From a virus: a DNA stretch of 49,811 nt. Positions 1 to 9,000 of the stretch are shown here, one piece after another. The notes beneath the pieces were generated by a model, which searched no databases, was not told the DNA's origin, and saw only the letters and a list, made by a program, of their open reading frames with translations. Position numbers and translations under genes: made by a program. Each line of letters opens with the position of its first letter. Positions within the stretch are counted from its first letter, which is position 1. Where the stretch lies: the IMG/VR virus record IMGVR_UViG_3300005326_000015; one strand, given 5' to 3'.

Positions 1-123
1 AAGATTGTCTTTGAACTGAAGTACTTTCCGGTGCAAGCCTTTATGGACCTGGTTGGAGATGACACTTCCTATGACCCATCAGCCTTGACATTATTGCAAA
101 ATTTATATTCTGCTTTGGCTATT
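1..123. repeat. Terminal direct repeat, copy 1 (identical to 49689..49811)
   Basis: The first 123 nt match the last 123 nt base for base. An ORF reads through the junction, so this fits the overlap of a circular or permuted assembly. Unit length is 49,688 bp. Confidence 0.9.
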
Positions 124-126
124 TGA
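1..126 (+). CDS. 3' end of the wrap-around tail-fibre anchor ORF (same gene as 49419..49811); stop TGA at 124..126
   Basis: The frame KIVFELKYFPVQAFMDLVGDDTSYDPSALTLLQNLYSALAI* continues the ORF that starts at 49419 once the 123-nt overlap is collapsed. Confidence 0.6.
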   Translation, partial: KIVFELKYFPVQAFMDLVGDDTSYDPSALTLLQNLYSALAI

Positions 127-177
127 TTAGATGAAGACGAGGCAGATATTGTTGATATACTTGCGGCCATTTCTGTT

Positions 178-960
178 TTGCAAGGGGTGGATTCTGACCT
201 TGAGGGAGATTTGTTTGCGCTCTCAAGTGAGTTAAACAATGTTCAAGGAGATTTGCAAGGTCAAATCACAGATAACCTACTGCGTTTAGAAACGGCAGAA
301 GATGATATTGACGCTTTGGAAGTCTTGGCAATTACATTGGAAGATGAAATTCCTTCTACCCCTTTACCAAGGGTAGCCGATTTGTTGGGTGCAACAAGCG
401 AGGCAGATATTCTTGGAGCCTTGGCAACGATTAACGCAACGCTTGAGGAAATATCTATTCCACGCTACGACGACATTGTGTTTGAGTTTACACCAACAAG
501 GGTCAACCCCACAACTAGCAAACCTGATTACGACGCAACCAATATTGGGTTACTCTTTCCAAGAAACGACACAAGCGAGGCGATATTCATCACAGTTCAG
601 ATGCCTCATAAATGGAAAGTGGGGTCAACGATTTATCCTCATGTCCATGTGGTTCAAGCATTGAATTTGCAGGCGACCTTCCGAATGGAATATAAGTGGT
701 ACAATATTGGAGACCAAATCCCTGTCTCATGGTCAACCTATGACATGCCGACCTATACCGTGCCTTATACAAGTGGTTCGATAAGTCAAATTATCAAAGG
801 TGATGGCATCAGTGGGGTTGGAAAAGATATTTCTTCTATATTAAAGATTAAGTTGTTTAGAACTGACAATGTGTACACAGGGGACATCCTTGCCGACCAA
901 TTCGATATTCATATCGAGGTTGACGGTTTTGGTTCTGAAACACAGTTCAGTAAAGAATAA
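178..960 (+). CDS. Tail-fibre shaft/tip-like structural protein; start unresolved (frame open from 127, TTG at 178 has no SD)
   Basis: 260-aa ORF with an acidic helical N-terminal region carrying repeated D-x-ADI-L-x-AL-A-x-I motifs, then a beta-rich C-terminal part. It lies in the tail-fibre cluster. No ATG/GTG with an RBS exists between 127 and 600. Confidence 0.6.
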   Translation: MQGVDSDLEGDLFALSSELNNVQGDLQGQITDNLLRLETAEDDIDALEVLAITLEDEIPSTPLPRVADLLGATSEADILGALATINATLEEISIPRYDDIVFEFTPTRVNPTTSKPDYDATNIGLLFPRNDTSEAIFITVQMPHKWKVGSTIYPHVHVVQALNLQATFRMEYKWYNIGDQIPVSWSTYDMPTYTVPYTSGSISQIIKGDGISGVGKDISSILKIKLFRTDNVYTGDILADQFDIHIEVDGFGSETQFSKE

Positions 961-976
961 GAAAGGGGGTTAGCAT

Positions 977-1387
977 ATGGCAACTCTTATAAAAACGATT
1001 AAAGATAGTCTTGGTAATCTTATCGTACCAAGAACAAGAGCCATTGCCGTGACATTGGAAGATAATGTGACGAATGTGGAGCAGGCATTGGCAGGAAAAG
1101 CACCTTTGGTTCACGCGCATGGCGATTTATATTACACAGAGACTGAGGCAAATGCTTTGTTGCTTAACAAAGTGGATAAAGTATCGGGCAAGGGTTTAAG
1201 CACAAACGACTACACAACTACGGAAAAGAACAAAGTAGCGAATGTTCCTGCCGATACAACTACGGCTCTTTCAGGTAAAGCACCTGTGGTTCATAACCAC
1301 GACGATTTATATTACACGGAAACAGAAATTGACACAATGATTGGTGATATTGAGGCAGTCCTCGACACCATTTTAGGAGGTGCTTAA
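977..1387 (+). CDS. Tail-fibre repeat protein
   Basis: RBS GGGGG upstream of ATG. Internal duplication GKAPLVHAHGDLYYTETE / GKAPVVHNHDDLYYTETE (HxH fibre-repeat type). GKGLSTNDYTTTEKNKV motif is typical of Gram-positive phage fibre proteins. Confidence 0.7.
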   Translation: MATLIKTIKDSLGNLIVPRTRAIAVTLEDNVTNVEQALAGKAPLVHAHGDLYYTETEANALLLNKVDKVSGKGLSTNDYTTTEKNKVANVPADTTTALSGKAPVVHNHDDLYYTETEIDTMIGDIEAVLDTILGGA

Positions 1388-1388
1388 T

Positions 1389-2825
1389 ATGTCAGTAGCA
1401 ACAAAATTACAAGCCGTTTATGACGCTATTTCATCCATGAAATCGGCTATCACAAGTAAAGGTCAAGTTCTTACCGATGTTCCCTTGTCAGGATGGGCGA
1501 GTAAAATCAATGCCATTGAGACAGGTGGCGGTATGGAAATAAACGGTCAAACCACAGTAAGTGGAGTAGCAGATGAGGATATTAGTGCGGGGGATGCAGT
1601 TGTAAGATTTGCAAGACCAAATTTTGTAGATAGTCCAAATGATTCTTTATTTTATAGAGGTGCTTATCAAAGATATTCTGCCTTGTCACCATCAGGTAAA
1701 TTTCTTGTAATAGGTGGTGCTCTTTCTACTTATGATACGGTTGTTTACAAAAGAAATTCCAATGAAGGGTTTGATTTCTTTTTCTCTTTTCCATCTACTG
1801 TCTCAGCACTATATTATTGTTTTCTTGATGACTATCGAATATTCGGTAATTTTGCAGGTGTTGGGGCGTCAGTTATGGTCTTTGATGACTCAGGACAGTT
1901 TGTTCATGAGTCACTCTCAACACATGGTATCCCTGAAATTCCTGTTGGTTCAGGTGCATTAAATAGTGTTTTCTCAGATGGCACTGGAAAATATATTCTT
2001 GTTTTTGTTCGTGTTAGTACTTCGACATATTTGAATGGTTTAATTCGTCAAGAAAATGGAAGTTATACACTTTGTCAAAGTACATTACTTTACACACTAT
2101 CTTGGACTTCTAGTACTTCTGCAAATCCTGTTGGTTCGCCTGGCTCTAATGTCTTTTATTGTGCCTGTTCATCAACATCTTTAACAACAACTGGGTATTT
2201 CGTTAGTTTATACGAGGGTTCATTAGAGCGCACGCAAGACTCTTCCGCTCATTCTGATGTAGGTGCCGCTCTTTTCGGTGTTTTCTCAAAAAATGGTCTT
2301 CGCTTTGCGGTTAAGAAGAGACTTATTTCTGACCCTGTTGTTGTTTTGACTAGAACGACTTTAGGGGTTTTACCCACTGTCAAAATCTTTAGTATGCCAT
2401 TGCCTGTGAGTGTCTTCTTTTTCTTGCCGAATGATGATTTAGTTATCTTCATTGAGAGTACTGTCACCGGAACATATCCTAATTTAATCCGTGTTTATAC
2501 TGTCGATGAATTAGGGAACTACGACTCAACAAGATGGTATGAACTTAATATCCCATCAATAAGCAGAACTTCAGCAGGTGCTAGACAGGCGACGATAACA
2601 AACTGTCTTAATTATCTATTTGTTCTGACAGGTACCACCTCCCCATTGGAGTGTTTTAATGTAAGGTTAAATTCTGAAGTGTACTCACTAAGTAAACAAA
2701 GTGGGGACTTGCGTTTTCCTTATAACTTAGCCGACATCGGCTACGCACCGCAAGCCATTGCAAAAGACGCAACAGGCGAGATGGTGTCCATCGCACGGAA
2801 TACGGCATTGTATCCAACAGAGTAG
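1389..2825 (+). CDS. Putative receptor-binding / distal tail protein
   Basis: ATG at 1389 is preceded by TAGGAGG (the ORF-track start at 1380 is a GTG inside the RBS spacer). The N-terminal KLQAVYDAISSMKSAITSKG motif is common in Firmicutes phage fibre-tip proteins. The rest is beta-rich. A terminator follows. Confidence 0.6.
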   Translation: MSVATKLQAVYDAISSMKSAITSKGQVLTDVPLSGWASKINAIETGGGMEINGQTTVSGVADEDISAGDAVVRFARPNFVDSPNDSLFYRGAYQRYSALSPSGKFLVIGGALSTYDTVVYKRNSNEGFDFFFSFPSTVSALYYCFLDDYRIFGNFAGVGASVMVFDDSGQFVHESLSTHGIPEIPVGSGALNSVFSDGTGKYILVFVRVSTSTYLNGLIRQENGSYTLCQSTLLYTLSWTSSTSANPVGSPGSNVFYCACSSTSLTTTGYFVSLYEGSLERTQDSSAHSDVGAALFGVFSKNGLRFAVKKRLISDPVVVLTRTTLGVLPTVKIFSMPLPVSVFFFLPNDDLVIFIESTVTGTYPNLIRVYTVDELGNYDSTRWYELNIPSISRTSAGARQATITNCLNYLFVLTGTTSPLECFNVRLNSEVYSLSKQSGDLRFPYNLADIGYAPQAIAKDATGEMVSIARNTALYPTE

Positions 2826-2846
2826 GGGAAACCCTACTTTTTTATT
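2822..2846 (+). terminator. Rho-independent terminator
   Basis: GTAGGG-gaaa-CCCTAC hairpin followed by TTTTTTATTT; it overlaps the stop codon of the 1389..2825 gene. Confidence 0.7.
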
Positions 2847-3041
2847 TCCTCCAGTTAAAACACAATGAATGAGTTATACGGAGAAAATATGAAAACACTT
2901 AACAAATTGACCTCACTTTTGCGTTGTTGCAGAAATTGATTGATTTTCTTTAGATTTAAGTAAAATATCGCCAAAAGTAAAATGTTGCAGTGTTTCGGAT
3001 AAAATCGAAATTCATCCGTTTTTGGGTAACATTAAAGGTTA

Positions 3042-3070
3042 TTTACTTTGAATAGGCACTATGATATAAT
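3042..3070 (+). promoter_or_regulatory. SigA-type promoter (lysis cassette)
   Basis: TTTACT-N17-TATAAT with a TGa extended -10 (TGATATAAT), about 25 nt upstream of the 3094 gene. Confidence 0.6.
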
Positions 3071-3093
3071 TATACCCGAAAGGGGTGTGACTC

Positions 3094-3336
3094 ATGCCTA
3101 AACAAAAACGAAGCATACCAAAAAATCAAGATGTGACTATGGATGTAAATGACATTGTGCGTCAACTAAGCGCACAATTCTCTGACCAAATTGCTGCTTT
3201 GAACCAGCAGTTGGCAGCCGCGCGCACAGAGGCCAATGTATGGCGAAATCAAGCCGCGCAGTTGGAAGGGATTTTAAGTGTTGTATTGGATGAAATTGAC
3301 GGAAAAGCCGAAGCGGCTGAGGAGGATGTCGAATGA
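3094..3336 (+). CDS. Hypothetical coiled-coil protein (first gene of lysis cassette)
   Basis: 80-aa ORF with RBS GAAAGGGG. Ala/Gln-rich helical sequence. Stop overlaps the next start (ATGA). Confidence 0.55.
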   Translation: MPKQKRSIPKNQDVTMDVNDIVRQLSAQFSDQIAALNQQLAAARTEANVWRNQAAQLEGILSVVLDEIDGKAEAAEEDVE

Positions 3337-3740
3337 ATGAATTTATTGTAAACCTACAAGAGCAACTATTAGGATTGACCCTGATAATGTGTGCTGCCTT
3401 ATTCTTCCAAATTGGCAACATGTTTGCCGGAGCCTATGTAAACAAGGAAGCCTTTGACATTAAAAAGTTCTTTGCTGGATTCAAAGGGGTCGCCATCCTA
3501 TACATCCTGTTTGTATGGCTGACTACCGGAATCACCGCGTTGCCTTATTTACTTGAAATGACCGGATTGATGACGCTTTCTACTGAAATTACAGGAATTA
3601 TTACTTATGCTGCCATTATATTCTACTGGGGCAAATACACGATTGACAGAGCCAAAGACATGGCGGATAAACTACTATTTATTAAAGACTTTCGCAAACC
3701 TGAACTGACTGAAGAACAAAAAGTTGAAGGTATAGGATAA
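3333..3740 (+). CDS. Holin-like membrane protein
   Basis: 135 aa with three hydrophobic segments (LTLIMCAALFFQIGNMFAGAYV, VAILYILFVWLTTGITALPYLL, ITGIITYAAIIFYWG) and a charged C-terminus. It lies immediately upstream of the peptidase gene. Confidence 0.6.
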   Translation: MNEFIVNLQEQLLGLTLIMCAALFFQIGNMFAGAYVNKEAFDIKKFFAGFKGVAILYILFVWLTTGITALPYLLEMTGLMTLSTEITGIITYAAIIFYWGKYTIDRAKDMADKLLFIKDFRKPELTEEQKVEGIG

Positions 3741-4525
3741 TGAATGTCTTCGCCCTTTGGGAAGCCTACTTGACTCAGGGATTCAAAAGCACACATATGG
3801 CCAATGACTACGGATGGATTCGCTTAAATTTAAGTAAACCTCCGGTGTATAGTGTCATGAAAGGTGTGGTCATTGCATCCTATTACAGTTCAGGCGGTGG
3901 AAACATTGTGGCCATTCTTGATGATTCAGGGGACTTCCACTGGTATCAATGGCGCTATGTCCACTTAGATGTTAGGTATGTAAAAATAGGAGACAGAGTG
4001 GATGTCGGACAAGTGATAGGGCTTGGAGGAAACACAGGCACAAACAGTACTGGACCTCACCTTCACATTGAATGTCTGATTGTCCCGAAAGGATACCGTG
4101 CCTTCATTTACGCAGACCGATTGAAGTATGCTGTTGACCCACGCTTCATCATGAGCACGATTCCTGGTCAACCACTGAGAGGAGAACTAATTCAAATGAG
4201 CGTCGTAGATACAAGTCTTTTACCAAAAGCCTTCCCGACCATCACGAACTTGCTACTTCGTAGTTCAACAAGTACAGCCACTTCCTTGAATAAAGTTGGT
4301 GTTTATGTACCAGCATCAGGATTGCCGTTAGCAGGAATTATTGATGTCGCAGGGTTCAAATGGTGTGCCTTGTGGTATAACAATAAAATTGTTTATGCCG
4401 CATTGAAGTACCTGAGAATCGAACCGAATGTCAAAGAAGTCGAAAAAATAGTGGAAGTTGAAAAACCGTTTGGTCCGGTAACGCTTACACAAGGTGATGT
4501 TTCAATCACGATAAAGAAGGGGTAA
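3740..4525 (+). CDS. Peptidase M23-family endolysin with C-terminal (wall-binding?) domain
   Basis: HxxxD (HMANDYG) and GNTGTNSTGPHLHIE motifs are characteristic of M23/LytM peptidases. TAATG overlap with the holin gene. Confidence 0.8.
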   Translation: MNVFALWEAYLTQGFKSTHMANDYGWIRLNLSKPPVYSVMKGVVIASYYSSGGGNIVAILDDSGDFHWYQWRYVHLDVRYVKIGDRVDVGQVIGLGGNTGTNSTGPHLHIECLIVPKGYRAFIYADRLKYAVDPRFIMSTIPGQPLRGELIQMSVVDTSLLPKAFPTITNLLLRSSTSTATSLNKVGVYVPASGLPLAGIIDVAGFKWCALWYNNKIVYAALKYLRIEPNVKEVEKIVEVEKPFGPVTLTQGDVSITIKKG

Positions 4526-4540
4526 TACCCCTTTTCTTTT
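4519..4540 (+). terminator. Rho-independent terminator
   Basis: GGGGT-aat-ACCCC hairpin containing the stop codon, followed by TTTTCTTTT. Confidence 0.65.
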
Positions 4541-4560
4541 GTGCCATAATAGTGTATAAT
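4532..4560 (+). promoter_or_regulatory. Possible promoter for 4600 gene
   Basis: TATAAT at 4555..4560 (also TGcCATAAT at 4542..4550). The -35 is weak (TTTTCT). Confidence 0.4.
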
Positions 4561-4599
4561 ATCCGCAGGGGTACAATGTAACAAGAGGAGCGTGATTCG

Positions 4600-4866
4600 A
4601 TGGACCAAGCAACATATGTAGGCATGTTTATATTCACTGTGGTAACACTTTCAGGGCTATTGGCGGTGTTTGCCAAAATCGTCACAGCGTTTGCAAATGC
4701 CGTGGCAAAATTAGATAATCTTATTCAAAAGTTTGAACTCTCAGATGCAACCAACCGGAGAGAGCACGAAGAATTATTTACGCAACTGGATGCACACAAT
4801 GAGATGATAAAAGAAGCCCAATGGTTTTGTAAATTCCAACATCCTGACCAGCCCCGAAGAATATAG
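4600..4866 (+). CDS. Small N-terminally anchored membrane protein (BhlA/UviB-like holin-type, tentative)
   Basis: 88 aa with RBS GAGGAG. One N-terminal TM segment (VGMFIFTVVTLSGLLAVFAKIV) followed by a charged helical tail. Confidence 0.55.
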   Translation: MDQATYVGMFIFTVVTLSGLLAVFAKIVTAFANAVAKLDNLIQKFELSDATNRREHEELFTQLDAHNEMIKEAQWFCKFQHPDQPRRI

Positions 4867-4877
4867 GGGCTTTTATT
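4850..4877 (+). terminator. Rho-independent terminator
   Basis: AGCCCC-N10-GGGGCT hairpin spanning the stop codon, followed by TTTTATT. Confidence 0.6.
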
Positions 4878-4899
4878 ATGGATTTATATATGATATAAT
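4871..4899 (+). promoter_or_regulatory. Promoter of the Gln-rich protein / giant ORF unit
   Basis: TGATATAAT extended -10 at 4891..4899 (the same 9-mer as at 3062..3070). The -35 is weak. Confidence 0.5.
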
Positions 4900-4927
4900 T
4901 GAACCGTAATCAAAGGAGAGTGATATT

Positions 4928-6064
4928 ATGAGTTATAACTATGGACCTACTATGCTCGCCGACAGTGGCGGATACAGTAATACAACCACGCAAGACCCTA
5001 TGAAAAACTGGTTGCAAGAGCAAATCGACCTACTCATGAGAGGCGGCGGTGGAGGAGGCTCTGCATCGAACTATATGACGAAAGCCCAAGGAATGTTAGG
5101 TCCCTTGGATTTAAGTTCGTTTGAAGAACTTCGCGGTGTCATGAATGACCAGTACAACACCAGCAGCAATTCCTTGCAAAATCAGTACAACACCATGCTT
5201 CAGCAATTAGAAAAAGCAGGCACTCAAAATAAGCAGGCTTTCGGTAAAGGCAGAGCATCCATTATGGAAAACTCATTTGAGCGTGGCCGTGATGCGTTAA
5301 GAGCCTTGTCCTCAAGAGGTATGGCTGCATCCGGACTTCAGCAATTAGGTGATGTTCAGCAACGGATGGAAACAGGCCGTCAGACTTCCGGTTTGGCTGG
5401 TCAATTCTATGATGTTCAGGATAAACTGGCAGACAGCCAGGTCCAGGGTCAACAAAACTATGAGACCCAAAAACAGACCCTTGAGAATTCATTGAATCAG
5501 CAAATGGCTCAATTAAGTGCTCAGGAACTTCAATTCAAAAATTCTTACCAGCAGCAAGTGGCTTCCCTGGCAATGCAGATGCAACAACAGGCAGCGCAGG
5601 CTTCTGCTGCGAAATTAAACAGGGACCTGCAATTATTATCATTAAGACAGCAAATGGAACAAACTGGAGGAGACCCATTGACTGCTCCGGCAAATCAAGG
5701 GGGCATGATGGCTATTGCGATGGAACCTGGAGCAAATGACCTTGTTAAAATTGCTCAATTACAATCACAATTCAACTTGACACCTGAACAGGCAAAGTCC
5801 TACTTAGGTAAAGTTGAGGGACAATTACAACAACAAGTGTACCAGCAGGAATATAGCACCTTAATGAGTGCCGCACGGTCAGGCAAATACACACCATCCC
5901 AAATGAAGGAAATGATAAAAACCCTGAAGGACAGCGGTATTACCTTGAAACCTTCAGATGAATCCATCTTAATATCTATGGTCACTCCGGCAAGTAAAAA
6001 CACAATCGGCGGTGTGACGGACGCTTACGGTTACAGAGAATTGCTGGGGGACCAGTGGAAGTAG
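4928..6064 (+). CDS. Gln-rich coiled-coil protein (putative internal virion / ejection protein)
   Basis: 378 aa with RBS AAAGGAGAG. Contains a GGGGGG tract and long Q/N-rich heptad-like regions. Co-transcribed with the giant ORF. The functional call rests on position and composition only. Confidence 0.55.
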   Translation: MSYNYGPTMLADSGGYSNTTTQDPMKNWLQEQIDLLMRGGGGGGSASNYMTKAQGMLGPLDLSSFEELRGVMNDQYNTSSNSLQNQYNTMLQQLEKAGTQNKQAFGKGRASIMENSFERGRDALRALSSRGMAASGLQQLGDVQQRMETGRQTSGLAGQFYDVQDKLADSQVQGQQNYETQKQTLENSLNQQMAQLSAQELQFKNSYQQQVASLAMQMQQQAAQASAAKLNRDLQLLSLRQQMEQTGGDPLTAPANQGGMMAIAMEPGANDLVKIAQLQSQFNLTPEQAKSYLGKVEGQLQQQVYQQEYSTLMSAARSGKYTPSQMKEMIKTLKDSGITLKPSDESILISMVTPASKNTIGGVTDAYGYRELLGDQWK

Positions 6065-6075
6065 GAGGACATAAC

Positions 6076-9000
6076 ATGTCAAAAATTGATGAACTATTGA
6101 ATCGTTTAGGCCAATCAGCAGCCAAGGGTACGATTGATGCCATCGGACAAACACAGGGGGCGGCTAATAAGTCGCCTCTTTTGGAAGTTCAAAATCAAGT
6201 AGATAACTTAGCAGCGCGTATGCAGGGTTCGGGCATAGACCCGACTCAATTCACAGATACCCGAAACCCTTTAGAAAAGATGTTGAATCTTCGTCCTGAC
6301 CAAAATCTTTTGTTTGACATCTTTGAAGTCATTAACCGTCCTCAGCAAGCCTTGTTTGGAGGAATCCAGCATTTGCAAGAAGGCGGAGATTTTCTAAAAG
6401 GCATGGAACAAGGACTTACAAGGACAGGGGCTGAAGAATTCTCCGGCGGTCAAATCCTCCGTAATATGTTTTCAGGAGGCAAGCGCGAAGATGGCACGAT
6501 GGACTGGACAGACTGGGTTGGTTTTGGGTTGGATGTATTTGCTGACCCTGCTGACCTTGCTTTTCTACCTGTAAGTGCAGTAGCCAATGTCGGACAAGCA
6601 GCAACGAAATTGACAGGTAAAGCATCCACGAAGATGGACAACCTGATTAAAGGTGGCATGGCTGCCTTAGGAAAAACAGATGTAAATACCGTGGCTAAAG
6701 TAGCCAATGTGGCTGATGATGTCATGGATGTCGGAGAAAAGACCATGGCTTCCATGGCTAAAGATTCTTATAAACTAATTCGCGAAGGAGAGAAATTTGT
6801 ATCTCCTACGGATTTAACTATGCGTGCTTTATTTGGCACCGTGTCCTTTGGATTAAAAGGAGCGGACGCTAAGTTGGCTGAACCTTTAATGACGGTTCTT
6901 GGGAAAGCAGAAGACTATGGCAACTTCAAGAAAGTTGTATCTAACTTCTTCAATCAAACGAAAGCCTTCTCAAAGGAAGCCGTGGCTAACATTCGCTTGG
7001 CTTTTGGTGAAGAAGCCTTTGCTAAGAAATACATGTATGAGGCTTTGAAAGCCACCGATGAATTGTTAGAATCCTGGGCCGGACAATTAGGAGTTACACC
7101 ACAGCGCTTGTCAGAAATGATGGGCGAATACTGGTCGGTCACTTCTCCGGAGCAAATGATGAGAGCCTCCGATATTCTGTTAAAACAACGCGGAGCACAG
7201 TTGATTCCTTATTCGGATGAAATGTATGAGAGTTTGAGCAAAATGGTCAACTCAGAGCAAGCCATTGGTGATTTGATGCCTGTCATCGAATTTGAAGGTT
7301 TGTCGTATATTGACCTTCGTAAAATAACCAGGGAAATGGTTGACCAAAGTGCAAAAGAAACTTCGTTGGCTATCCCTAAAATGATTAAACATTTGGATGT
7401 AGATAACATCTCAAAGTATGCAGATATGCCTTTATTTGAGCAAGCATACACGGACTGGTATGTTCAATACCAACGCATGAGAAAAGGTTTATGGTCCATT
7501 CAAGGCTCTGAATTCGGTATGGGTACAGAGTACTTGAGAAATGTGCTAACGGAAGATGCAAGACATGCACTGGCTGAAGTGGATGCGTTGAACCATGTCT
7601 TTGATTTAGGCGGACAGACCACCAACAAGACTATGGGAGACCCGACGCTGTTTGCTGGCCGTAAGTATGGGGCTGACCCGATTACCGCAAGTAACTGGAT
7701 TAAGGCTGAGCGTACTTTAGATACCATGGAGCGTATGGAAAAGGTGTTAGGAGCACGCGCTAAAGTAAGCAATGCTACCGCAGACGCTATTCAAGCGGCT
7801 AAACTTGTTGAAGCCCAAGCCCTTGAAGCAGGAAGTAAGATTAAAATTGACCGTCGTGTCCGTGACCTGTTAGATGAGTTTATGGAAGAAACAGGTGTCA
7901 CCCAAGACATGCTGGATATTTATACCGTTATGATGGAAAACAAACTGGCTAAAACTGAAGTGGGCCGTGACTTGATTCGTCAAGCCAAAGCCGTCGGTTT
8001 AGTTGGAGAAGATGAGAAAATCTTAGATGTGTCTTCTCATCGCTTTACTGTGGGAGAAAAGAGTGGCTCTACCTTAATTGAGACTCTTGACCCTGAAGAC
8101 TATAACCGTTTGGTGTCATTAAAAGCATCAGACCCTAATTTCCAAAGTAAAGTATCGAAAGAAGTTTATAATGCCATCGGCTCTCAACCGATTCCTATGA
8201 AGTTCAAAGATGGTACGGCTTTAACGAAGCAACAGGCCAAAGGTTACAATAAATTGACCACTTGGGTTCAAAGACTAAAAGAACTTCGTGCTCCGACATT
8301 GACAGGGATGAAGTCTGAAGGTATCATGCAGATTGTTGATGACACAGTATGGTCCAAAATTGATGATGAATCCTTGAAGGGTATTGCATACAGAAGCAAA
8401 GTCATTGAAGCCACGGACGATATTGCAGAAGGTTTGACCAGTGTGCCTTTGAAACATGTGGATTTGGAAGAAGCCGCACAAGGCTTGGCCAAAGAACCTG
8501 ACTTCTTAAAGAAAGTTGTTGACAACTTAAACAAGGCCACAAACAACGCATCGTCTGAAGTTGCTTTGGGTGATTTGATTAGCAGACCTGAATCTATTAT
8601 TGACTACGCGCGCCGTGAAGTTTTAAGACAAGCACGCGAACAGTACACATATAGGCAAATGAAGACAGGCATCCAGGAATTACTTGGACGCGCTGCAACG
8701 GATGAAGATATGGCAAGAGCCGTCGCTTTGGCTGAAGCAGGAAAACCTTTGCACCCACGCTTATTTGACCCGAACTTTAACATTTGGCAGCGTACCATCG
8801 ACAATTTGGACGGTGACTTCGCTAAGGCCAAAGAGTTAGGTAAAGGTTTGAAGGATGGCACTTATGACCTCAAGACAGGTAAGAAACTTGACCTTGAAGG
8901 TGATGACAGTTACATGGTGTCCTTTGAGCAATCTTCGGACGCTTACACACCGGAAGAATACAATAAAATTATCAAAGAACTCATGGACGAAACTGGCAGC

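Noticed and set aside
2868-2939. 23-aa ORF (MNELYGENMKTLNKLTSLLRCCRN) in the 268-bp gap after the fibre genes
   Set aside because: No Shine-Dalgarno sequence precedes it, it lies between a terminator and the next promoter, and it is too short to support without conservation data.
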